Source of the DNA: an uncultured Gemmatimonadales bacterium
GTDB lineage: Bacteria > Gemmatimonadota > Gemmatimonadetes > Longimicrobiales > RSA9
Length of the DNA stretch: 64,000 nucleotides
Direction of reading: 5' to 3'
Assembly (NCBI GenBank): GCA_963708135.1
Contig: OY970192.1
Coordinates: 4,992,001 to 5,056,000 of the forward strand
Position numbers and translations under genes: made by a program. Below the pieces are notes generated by a model. The model was not told the DNA's origin. It searched no databases and was given only the letters and a program-made list of their open reading frames with translations. Each line of letters begins with the position of its first letter. Position 1 is the first letter of the stretch. Positions 28,556 to 37,407 of this stretch are shown in pieces.

Positions 28556-29452
28556 ATGCGTTTCCCTGCGCTCCGCCATGCCCCCGCCCTCCTGCTCCTC
28601 GGGCTGGCGGGCGCGGCTCCGCCCGGTGCCGGCGGCGGGGCGTGGCCCGCCGCCGCGCCCCCCGTCGCCTACCAGAAGCCCGGCGACGCCTATGCCATCT
28701 ACGCCGTGCGCTACGGCACCGTGGCCAGCTTCCCGCTGCGCGGGCTGATCCCCGGCTCGCCGCGCGGCGAGACGCTGCCGATCGCGATGGTGGTGTGGGT
28801 GGTGAAGGGCAACGGGCACACGATCCTCTTCGACTCCGGGTTCCACCACCCCGACTGGATCGAGCGATTCCACGTGACCGACTACATGCGGCCCGACTCC
28901 GCGGTGCGCGAGGCGGGCATCGATCCCGATTCCGTGACCGACATCGTGATCAGCCACGCGCACTGGGACCACATGGGCGGGCTTGACCTGTTCCCGAAGG
29001 CCGAGGTGTGGATCCAGAAGGCCGAGTACCAGTACTACACGGGCGCGGCCTGGCAGCCGGGCGGCCGCCACGGCGGCATCGACCCGCGCGACCTCGCCGT
29101 GCTCCTCCAGCGCAACACCCAGGGGAAGGTGCACTGGATCGATGGCGACGACGTCGAGATCTTCCCCGGCATCCGGGCCTTCACCGGCGGCCGCCACACC
29201 TTCGCCTCGGAGTACCTGCTCGTGCAGAGCGATCCGCCCTACATCCTGGCCTCCGACAACTGCTACCTCTACAAGAACCTGGATGAGCACCGCCCCGTGG
29301 CCACCTTCGAACCCGAGGACAGCACGGCCAACCTGAAGGCGCAGGCGCGCATGCTCGAGCTGGCCGGCGCGGAGGAGCGCATCGTCCCCGGCCACGATCC
29401 GCTCCAGTTCGAGCGCTTCCCCACCCACGGCCGCGTGGCGAGGATCCGCTGA
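28556..29452 (+). CDS. Secreted metallo-beta-lactamase-fold hydrolase (N-acyl homoserine lactonase family)
   Basis: ILFDSG, SHAHWDHMGG, GRHT, LASD, PGHD; signal peptide. Confidence 0.88.
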   Translation: MRFPALRHAPALLLLGLAGAAPPGAGGGAWPAAAPPVAYQKPGDAYAIYAVRYGTVASFPLRGLIPGSPRGETLPIAMVVWVVKGNGHTILFDSGFHHPDWIERFHVTDYMRPDSAVREAGIDPDSVTDIVISHAHWDHMGGLDLFPKAEVWIQKAEYQYYTGAAWQPGGRHGGIDPRDLAVLLQRNTQGKVHWIDGDDVEIFPGIRAFTGGRHTFASEYLLVQSDPPYILASDNCYLYKNLDEHRPVATFEPEDSTANLKAQARMLELAGAEERIVPGHDPLQFERFPTHGRVARIR

Positions 29453-30843
29453 TGGCCGATCCCATCGAGGCACCGCCGCAGGCGCACCTCGCCCGGCGCT
29501 TCGGGCTGCTGCCGGCCACCGCGCTCAACATGACCAACATGATCGGGATCGGGCCGTTCATCACGATCCCGCTGCTCATGTCGGCGCTGGGCGGACCGCA
29601 GGCCATGGTGGGCTGGCTCGTCGCCCTCATCATCGTCATCTGCGACGGCATGGTCTGGAGCGAGCTCGGCGCCGCCATGCCGGGCTCCGGCGGCTCGTTC
29701 GTCTACCTGCGCGAGGCGTTCGGCCGCGAGAGGTTCGGCCGCCTCATGGCCTTCCTCTTCGTCTGGCAGTTCGTGCTCAGCGGGCCGCTCGAGATCGCCT
29801 CCGGCTACATCGGCTTCGCCGACTACGCGCGCTACATCTGGAAGGGCCTCGGCGAGGGTGGCACCCTCGCCCTGATCGTCGCCGTGGGGGTGCTGAACAT
29901 CGTGCTCCTCTACCGGCGCATCCACTCCATCGCGAAGATCACCGTCAGCCTCTGGGTCGGCACGCTGATCACCGTCGCGGCGGTGGTGGCCACGGGCGCC
30001 GCGCACTTCGATCCCCGCGTCGCCTTCGACTTCCCGGCCGGCGCGTTCCACTTTTCGCTCGGCTTCTTCTTCGGCCTCGGCGCCGCGTCCCGCATCGGCG
30101 TCTACGACTACCTCGGCTACTACGACATCTGCTACATCGGCGACGAGGTGCGCGACCCCGGCCGCGTGATTCCGCGTTCCATCCTCATCAGCACCGCCGC
30201 CGTGGCCGTCATCTACCTCGCCATCAACCTCTCCATCATCGGCGTCGTGCCGTGGCGCGACTTCGTGCCCGCGGCCACGCACCCCGCGGCCAACTTCGTC
30301 GTCTCCATCTTTATGGAGCGGATCTGGGGCACGCGCGTGGCCACCGTCTTCACGCTCATGATCCTGTGGACCGCGTTCGGCTCCGTCTTCGCGCTGCTGC
30401 TCGGCTACTCGCGCATCCCCTTCGCCGCCGCCGAGAGCGGCTACTTCTTCAAGGCGTTCGGCCGGCTGCACCCGACCAAGGGATTCCCCTACGTCTCGCT
30501 CCTCGTGCTCGGGATCATCTCCATCCTGGCCGGCTTCATCTCCCTCGGCACCGTCATCGACGCGCTCATCGTCACCCGCATCCTCGTCCAGTTCATCGGA
30601 CAGGTCTTCGGCGTCATCGCGCTCCGCCGCCGCGCGCCCGACCTGCCCCGGCCCTACCGCATGTGGCTCTATCCCGTGCCCGCGCTGGTGGCGCTCCTCG
30701 GCTGGACCTTCATCTTCATCACCACCGACATCCGCGTCATCCTCTTCGGCCTCGCCGTGCTCGCGCTCGGCGTGCTCGCCTTCATGGCCTGGTCCTGGCA
30801 GACCCGGCGCTGGCCCTTCACTCTGGAGCAGGCGACACCGTGA
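29452..30843 (+). CDS. APC-family amino acid/amine permease
   Basis: MIGIGPF, ELGAAMPGSGG, GDEVRDP; ~12 TM segments. Confidence 0.92.
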   Translation: MADPIEAPPQAHLARRFGLLPATALNMTNMIGIGPFITIPLLMSALGGPQAMVGWLVALIIVICDGMVWSELGAAMPGSGGSFVYLREAFGRERFGRLMAFLFVWQFVLSGPLEIASGYIGFADYARYIWKGLGEGGTLALIVAVGVLNIVLLYRRIHSIAKITVSLWVGTLITVAAVVATGAAHFDPRVAFDFPAGAFHFSLGFFFGLGAASRIGVYDYLGYYDICYIGDEVRDPGRVIPRSILISTAAVAVIYLAINLSIIGVVPWRDFVPAATHPAANFVVSIFMERIWGTRVATVFTLMILWTAFGSVFALLLGYSRIPFAAAESGYFFKAFGRLHPTKGFPYVSLLVLGIISILAGFISLGTVIDALIVTRILVQFIGQVFGVIALRRRAPDLPRPYRMWLYPVPALVALLGWTFIFITTDIRVILFGLAVLALGVLAFMAWSWQTRRWPFTLEQATP

Positions 30844-33842
30844 CCTCCATCTTCCCCGCCCGCCGCACCCTCGTCCTCGCCACCAGCCTCACGCTGGCCC
30901 TGGCCGCCGCGCTGGCCGCGCAGCGAACCGAATCCGGCGGAAACGTCGATGCATCCGGCGCGGTGCCCATGCGCATCGGCCGAGGCCGGGAGAAACCGGA
31001 TTCGGATTCCGCTTCGCTGGATTCGGATTCGGATTCGTTCGGCCGCATCCCTCGGCCGCCCGCTCCTTCGGCATCCCGCCTCTCTCTGAACGCCGGCTGG
31101 CGCATCCAGTCCTCCGCGAAGGTCCGCGCAGCCGGCGGCGTCATCTCGCGCGCCGGCTCCCCGGTCGCCGGCTGGCGCGCCGCCACCCTCCCCGCCACCG
31201 TCCTCGCCGCGCTCGTGGCCGACGGCGTCTATCCGGACCCGTACCACGGCATGAACCTGCGGCGCATACCGGGAACGACATACCCGGTCGGCTACAACTT
31301 CTCCCACATCGAGATGCCGGACTCGAGCCCCTTCGCCGTGCCGTGGTGGTACCGGAAGACGTTTCGCGTGCCGGCATCCATGGCAGGCAAGCACCTCGCG
31401 CTGCACTTCGACGGCATCAACTACCGCGCGAACATCTGGCTGAACGGCAGGCGCATCGCGGACTCGACCGAGGTGGCCGGCGCGTACCGGCGCTACGACC
31501 TGGACATCACGGACGCCGTGCGGCCAGGCGTGGTCAACGTGCTGGCGGTCGAGGTCTTCCCGCCCACGCCGCACGACCTGGCCATCACGTGGGTGGACTG
31601 GAACCCGGCTCCTCCCGACAAGGACATGGGGCTCTGGCACGGCGTGTATCTCACGGCCAGCGGGCCGGTGCAGATCCGCTATCCGTACGTGATCACGAAG
31701 GTCGCACCGTCGCTCGACACGGCGGAGCTCACCGTCGTCGCCGAGCTACGGAACCTGAGCGGGAGCGCGGTCAAGGGGGTGCTGCGCGGGACGATCGCGG
31801 CACCGGCGCGGGAGGGCAGTGGACGGGATGGAGGCGGCGAGGAGCCGGGCGGTTCCGGCGGTTCCCCGGTCCGGCCCGCCGCCGGGCGCGCGCCCCGCGC
31901 CGGCGGCGCAGAACGCGCCGGCAACGGTGCGCGCGGGAGCGTCGCCTTCGAGAAGCCGGTCGAGCTCGGCCCCCACGACAGCGTGACGGTGCGCCTCACG
32001 CCCGCGGAAGTCCCCGCGCTGCGCATGGCCGACCCGCGGCTGTGGTGGCCCGCGGCCATGGGCAAGCCCGAGCTCTACTCGCTCGACCTCCGCTTCGAGG
32101 CCGGCACCGGCACCTCGGACGCCGCCACTCTCCCCTTCGGCATCCGCCAGATCACCGCGGAGCGAACGGCGGACAGCACGCGCCTCTTCCTCGTGAACGG
32201 GAAGCGGCTCCTCATCCGCGGCGGCGGCTGGGCGCCGGACATGATGCTGCGCGCGCAACCGGACAAGCAGCTGGCAGAGCTGCGCTACGTGCTGGACCTC
32301 GGCCTCAACACCATCCGCCTCGAGGGCAAGCTCGAGGACGACCGCTTCTGGGCCCGCGCCGACAGCATGGGCATCCTCGTCATGGCCGGCTGGTGCTGCT
32401 GCAGCGGCTGGGAGGAGTGGGACAAGTGGACGGACGCGGAGCGGGCGGACGCGGCCGCGTCGCAGAAGAGCCAGATCCTCCGGCTGCGCGCCCACGCCAG
32501 CGCGCTCATGTGGCTGAACGGCAGCGACGGTCATCCGCCGCCCGACGTCGAGAAGATGTACATCGACATCCTGAATCGGTACGACTGGCAGAACCCCTAC
32601 CTCTCCTCGGCCAGCGGCAAGCCGAGCGAGGTCACGGGGAAGAACGGCGTCAAGATGAGCGGCCCCTACGACTGGGTGCCGCCGCGCTACTGGTCCGTGG
32701 ACACCGCCCACGGCGGCGCCTTCGGCTTCAACACCGAGACCAGCCCCGGCGCCGCGCCGCCGCCCCTGGCGAGCATGCGCCGCATGCTGCCGCCCGCGCA
32801 CCTCTCGCCCGACGACAGCGTCTGGCGGTTCCACGCCGCGGGCGGCCAGTTCCGCCACTCGGACCGCTTCGACCGGGCGCTGGCCGAGCGCTACGGGAAG
32901 CCGACGAGCGCGCTCGACTACACGCGCAGGGCGCAGGCGCTGGCGTACGAGGGCGAGCGCGCCATGTTCGACGCCTACACCCGCGCCATGTACCGCTCCA
33001 CCGGCATCATCCAGTGGATGCTGAACGACGCCTGGCCGTCCACCTGGTGGCACCTCTACGACTACTACCTGCGCCCGGGCGGCGCCTACTTCGGCGCGAA
33101 GAAGGCGCTCGAGCCCGTGCACGCCATTTACGCCTACGACGACCGCGGCGTCGTGCTCGTGAACACCACCCACGAGGCGCGGCCCGGCCTCACCGTGAGC
33201 GCCCGCATCGTGAACCTCGACGGCGCCGAGCCTTTCCACCGCGACACCACCGTGGACCTGCCGCCGGACACCGCCCTGCGCCTCTTCACGCTGCCCACGC
33301 CGGGCGACGTCTCCCCCGCCTACTTCGTCTCGCTGCGCGTGACCCGCGCCGAGACGGCGCCGGCGCGGGGCGTCCGCGCGGAGCGTCCCGGGGCGGCGGC
33401 CGCCGCGGCCGCCAGTGCGCCCGGGCTCGCCGCCGCGAACGTCTACTGGCTCTCCACCCATCACGATGTCCTCGACGAGGACAGCGCGACCTGGTACGTC
33501 ACGCCCGTCAGGCAGTACGCCGACCTCACGTCGCTCGCCGCCATGCCCTCCGGCCGGGTGACCGCCACCGTCGCCTACACCCGTGACGGCCCCTGGCGGC
33601 AGGCGACGGTGCACCTCGTGAACGCCGGCCGTGCCCCCGCCTTCTTCATCCGCCTGATGCTCACCCGCGGCGCCGGGGGCGAGGAGGTGCTGCCGGTGCT
33701 GTGGTCGGACAACTACGTCACGCTCATGCCCGGCGAGCCACGCACGCTGACCGCCCGCGTGCGCGCCGCCGACCTGCGCGGCGCGGCGCCCGCCGTGGCC
33801 GTGGAGGGGTGGAACGTCGCGCCCGCGGCGGTCCACCGTTGA
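30840..33842 (+). CDS. csxA: GH2 exo-beta-D-glucosaminidase-like glycoside hydrolase, secreted
   Basis: FDGINYRANIWLNG, IRGGGW, LGLNTIRLEGK, GWCCCSGWE, KMSGPYDWVPP, GFNTETSPG, WSDNYVTL; GTG start overlaps the permease stop. Confidence 0.85.
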   Translation: MTSIFPARRTLVLATSLTLALAAALAAQRTESGGNVDASGAVPMRIGRGREKPDSDSASLDSDSDSFGRIPRPPAPSASRLSLNAGWRIQSSAKVRAAGGVISRAGSPVAGWRAATLPATVLAALVADGVYPDPYHGMNLRRIPGTTYPVGYNFSHIEMPDSSPFAVPWWYRKTFRVPASMAGKHLALHFDGINYRANIWLNGRRIADSTEVAGAYRRYDLDITDAVRPGVVNVLAVEVFPPTPHDLAITWVDWNPAPPDKDMGLWHGVYLTASGPVQIRYPYVITKVAPSLDTAELTVVAELRNLSGSAVKGVLRGTIAAPAREGSGRDGGGEEPGGSGGSPVRPAAGRAPRAGGAERAGNGARGSVAFEKPVELGPHDSVTVRLTPAEVPALRMADPRLWWPAAMGKPELYSLDLRFEAGTGTSDAATLPFGIRQITAERTADSTRLFLVNGKRLLIRGGGWAPDMMLRAQPDKQLAELRYVLDLGLNTIRLEGKLEDDRFWARADSMGILVMAGWCCCSGWEEWDKWTDAERADAAASQKSQILRLRAHASALMWLNGSDGHPPPDVEKMYIDILNRYDWQNPYLSSASGKPSEVTGKNGVKMSGPYDWVPPRYWSVDTAHGGAFGFNTETSPGAAPPPLASMRRMLPPAHLSPDDSVWRFHAAGGQFRHSDRFDRALAERYGKPTSALDYTRRAQALAYEGERAMFDAYTRAMYRSTGIIQWMLNDAWPSTWWHLYDYYLRPGGAYFGAKKALEPVHAIYAYDDRGVVLVNTTHEARPGLTVSARIVNLDGAEPFHRDTTVDLPPDTALRLFTLPTPGDVSPAYFVSLRVTRAETAPARGVRAERPGAAAAAAASAPGLAAANVYWLSTHHDVLDEDSATWYVTPVRQYADLTSLAAMPSGRVTATVAYTRDGPWRQATVHLVNAGRAPAFFIRLMLTRGAGGEEVLPVLWSDNYVTLMPGEPRTLTARVRAADLRGAAPAVAVEGWNVAPAAVHR

Positions 33843-34002
33843 GCGAGGGCCGCGAGCTGCGGGACTCGCTCCTGGCGCCGCCGACGGATCTCGTGGACTC
33901 CTGCCTCGCCGCGCTCTGCCATGCCAGGCGCGCGATCCATTCCTTCGACCGCCAGCTTGCCGGGCTCCGAGTCCGGCTGCTCCCGGCCGACTGAGCGCCG
34001 CC

Positions 34003-34449
34003 GTGTCCGACAGCTCGCGCCCGACGGAAGCTCCCGCCCCGCGCGTCCCCCGCTGGCGCGTCGCGCTCTGGCTCGGGCTGCTCGCGAGCTGGCTGGTGAT
34101 CCTGCCGCTCATGACATCGGCCGTCGTCCACCCGCCCTCGCCCGAGCGGCTGAGGAGCATGCCGACGCTGCGCATCCCGACGCCCGCCACGCTGCTCGTG
34201 CGCATCGCGACGAGCGGGCTGGAGCTCCGGGTGGTGCTCGTCCTGCTATGGCCCTGGCGCGTTCGCGCATGGCGACTCCGCCTGGCCGGCACCGCCCTCG
34301 CCGTTACGCTGTGGTTCCTGCTCACGCCCCCGCTCGGCCTGAGCATCATGGAGTGGTACCACCGCCGCTGGCTGGCCGCGGTCGCCGCCGTGCTGCTCGT
34401 GGCGGCCGCCCTGTCCGGCATCGGGGCGGTGGTGCGGCGAGGGGCCTAG
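34003..34449 (+). CDS. Hypothetical membrane protein
   Basis: Four hydrophobic segments; no family recognised. Confidence 0.55.
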   Translation: MSDSSRPTEAPAPRVPRWRVALWLGLLASWLVILPLMTSAVVHPPSPERLRSMPTLRIPTPATLLVRIATSGLELRVVLVLLWPWRVRAWRLRLAGTALAVTLWFLLTPPLGLSIMEWYHRRWLAAVAAVLLVAAALSGIGAVVRRGA

Positions 34450-34744
34450 ACCAACCCGCGGAGTGCACGCGCGAAGAAGCCGAGCATCTGGCGAGCATTG
34501 TCCCGCTCACCCATCGCCTGACAGGCGTGGCCCCAGGTAAGACGCGGCCAGCGGATCGGGCCGCCACGTCGTGAGCGACTCGAGGTAGCGGACAGCGACG
34601 GCGGGCCGGCCGACCTTGAGCTCCAGTCGCCGATGCCCTGCCCGTGGATCGCGAACTGCAGCACCGCGATGCCGTCGGGCGCGGCCTCGGCCGCCGCCTT
34701 CCGCGGACCCAGGCCCCGACCGCGTCAGCGAGACAGATCCCGAA

Positions 34745-36268
34745 TCAGCTCACGGTTCGGAGCAGGTCGGACGCCTTCTCACCGATCATCACCGACGGCG
34801 CATTGGTGTTGCCGGTGGTGACGCGCGGCATGATCGACGCATCGGCGACTCGCAGGCCGTCGATGCCGTAGACGTGCAGCTCGGGATCGACCACGCACAT
34901 CGCGTCCACACCCATGCGGCAGCTGCCGGCGGGATGGAAGTAGGTCGTCACGGCCTGCCGCACGAACTCGATCATCTCCTTCCGGCCGAGCTTGCCCGGC
35001 ATCACCTCGCGCTTGCGCAGCGACCTGAACGCTTTCGACGCGCCGATCTCGCGGCAGAGATCGATGCCGAAGAGGAGCGCTTCGACGTCCGCATCGCGCT
35101 GGAGATACGCCATGTCGATGGCGGGCGGCTTCGCGGCATCCTTTGAATGCAGCGTGACGCTGCCGCGGCTGGCCGGCCGCACCACGCTCGGCGCAATGGC
35201 GTAGCACTCCGGCGGTAGCCGGCCCGCCAGCTCCGGCGTGGCGAACGGAAATTCGATGATCACCGGCTGGATGTCGGGCGAGTACAGCGCCGGATTCGAC
35301 TTCCACCAGAAGGTCGATTCGGCGCCGTTGTTGGCCACCGGCGGCAACGCGCCCTTCGTCTCGTAGATGATCCCGCCCAGCAGCGGGTGATCCTGCAGGT
35401 TCTTGCCCACACCCGGCAGGTTGACGCGCGTCCGGATGCCAAGCTTCTTCAATTCCGCCGCCGGCCCGATACCGGAGAGCAGCAGCAGGCGCGGCGAGCC
35501 GATGGCCCCGGCCGAGAGCACCGTCTCCCGGGCGGCACGGGCGCGCCGTGTCCCGCCTTCGTGCCGGTAGGTGACACCGGTGCAGCGCTTCCCGACAAAG
35601 TGGAGTGCGACCGTTTCGGCATTGGTGAGCACCGTCAGGTTGGGCCGGCTCATCGCGGGACGGAGATAGGCCGTGGCCACGCTGAAGCGCTGGCCGTTCT
35701 TGATGGTGAGGTTGAAGTAGCCGATGCCCTCCATCGAGGGACCGTTGATGTCGTCGAGCACCGGAAGTCCCACTTCGCGGCCGCCTTCGATGAAGGCCGC
35801 GGCAATCGGACCCGGCAGGTTCGGCGGTTCGATCCACATCGGTCCGCCACGGCCGCGCAGCGGGGTCCGCGGTCCCTGCCAGTTCTCGATCCGCTTGTAG
35901 ATCGGGAGCACGCTGGCCCAGTCCCACCCGGCGTTGCCATCGTAGGCCCAGTGGTCGAAGTCCGCCGGATGCCCGCGCACCCATGCATTCGCGTTGTGGC
36001 TGTGACAGCCGCCCAGCATCCTGGCGCGCGGACAGTGCACGACGCGATTCGCCGCGTGCCGCTGCGGCACCGTGTTGTAACACCAGTCCACGTCGCCGTA
36101 GAACAGGGTGGGCCACTTGCCGGGGTCACGCACGTCATCACGCAGGTCGGTGCCGCCGGCCTCCAGCAGGAGCACCTTCACGTCCGGTCTCTCGGAGAGG
36201 CGCGCGGCAACGACACACCCGGCAGACCCGCCGCCGACGATGATGTAGTCAGCCTGCTCCGATTTCAT
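34745..36268 (-). CDS. GMC oxidoreductase (choline dehydrogenase-like)
   Basis: YIIVGGGSAGCVVA, VGKNLQDH, YFHPAGSCRMG, LRVADASIMP...GNTNAP. Confidence 0.93.
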   Translation of the reverse strand: MKSEQADYIIVGGGSAGCVVAARLSERPDVKVLLLEAGGTDLRDDVRDPGKWPTLFYGDVDWCYNTVPQRHAANRVVHCPRARMLGGCHSHNANAWVRGHPADFDHWAYDGNAGWDWASVLPIYKRIENWQGPRTPLRGRGGPMWIEPPNLPGPIAAAFIEGGREVGLPVLDDINGPSMEGIGYFNLTIKNGQRFSVATAYLRPAMSRPNLTVLTNAETVALHFVGKRCTGVTYRHEGGTRRARAARETVLSAGAIGSPRLLLLSGIGPAAELKKLGIRTRVNLPGVGKNLQDHPLLGGIIYETKGALPPVANNGAESTFWWKSNPALYSPDIQPVIIEFPFATPELAGRLPPECYAIAPSVVRPASRGSVTLHSKDAAKPPAIDMAYLQRDADVEALLFGIDLCREIGASKAFRSLRKREVMPGKLGRKEMIEFVRQAVTTYFHPAGSCRMGVDAMCVVDPELHVYGIDGLRVADASIMPRVTTGNTNAPSVMIGEKASDLLRTVS

Positions 36269-36350
36269 AATCGTTCTCCCGAGCGGCGATCGGTATGTCG
36301 ACGAGCTGTTGCGCGAGGCGGCCGCGCCGGCCGAACCGGTGATCGACGAG

Positions 36351-37162
36351 CTACGTGGTGCCGAACGCGACGCGGAGCGCCGTGGCGGCCTCGGCGAGGG
36401 CGTGGCGCCCCTGATCGAGCGCGCCGGGGAGGCCGAGGAATCCATGAATCATTCCATCGTAGCGCTTGAGCGTGACGGGTACGCCGGCCTTGCGCAATCG
36501 CGCCGCGTAAGCCTCGCCTTCGTCCCGGAGCGGATCGAATCCGGCTGTAATGACGAAGGCTGCCGGCAGTCCGGCGAGTGATTGCGCGCGCATCGGCGAC
36601 GCCCTGGAAGATGCTCCGTCGGACGGGTCGCGGAGGTAATGCGACCAGAACCAGGCCATGAGCGGTTTCGTCAGCAGATAGCCGTCGGCGTTGGCCTGGT
36701 AGGACGGTGTGTCGAACCAGTGGCGTCGCCGTCAAAGCTGTCCGCATTGGCCGCCACCCACCGGAATGCGGCGTAGCAGTCGTCGGGTGCCGCGGGGAAC
36801 TTGTGCTCCGGAGCCGACCGGAAGTGTACCGACACGACGATGCATCCAGCGGCGTTCGTCAGCGCCCGGCAGGTCGGGTCATAGGCATCGAGATCGCCGA
36901 GCACCCAACCGCCACCGTGGAAGTGAACCAGCACGGGGAATGGTCCGGTTCCGGTCGGCGTATAGATCCGCAGCGCAATCGGTTCGTCTGCCGACGGTAT
37001 GTTCACGTCCTTCACCCCGGCGACGGGCTCCGGTTCTCCGGTGCCACCAAAGAGCTGCCGGTAGAGCGCCCGCGCCTGATCCAGCGGGAGTTGTTCGAGT
37101 GGCGGCAACCCGGCGGCCGCCAGCTGGTCGAGGAACAGTCGGGCCTGCGGGTCGAGCGGCAT
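36351..37162 (-). pseudogene. HSL-family alpha/beta hydrolase with internal deletion and frameshift
   Basis: N-part MPLDPQ...HFHGGGWV...APEHKFPAA ends near 36725; C-part DPLRDEGEAYA...IHGF is in another frame; the GDSAGG nucleophile motif is absent. Confidence 0.8.
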
Positions 37163-37407
37163 GGCATCCCCTCGCGTTGCCGGGCGGCGATGGCACCATC
37201 TCCACGCGCCGTCGTCGGCCTGGCTACGGTGTGAGCTGTTTCGCTGCAATATACGCGGATCGCCTTTGTACCGCGCGCCGCTCGTGCGGCAAATGGCCGC
37301 GTTCACGCCGCCCGCAGCCGGAGCGGGTGGCCGGCGAAACCTGCGGCTTCCCGGCTGATCGGGCGGTCGGAGCGTCGAGGAACTCCGGCGCGAAAGAAGT
37401 CCGCTTC

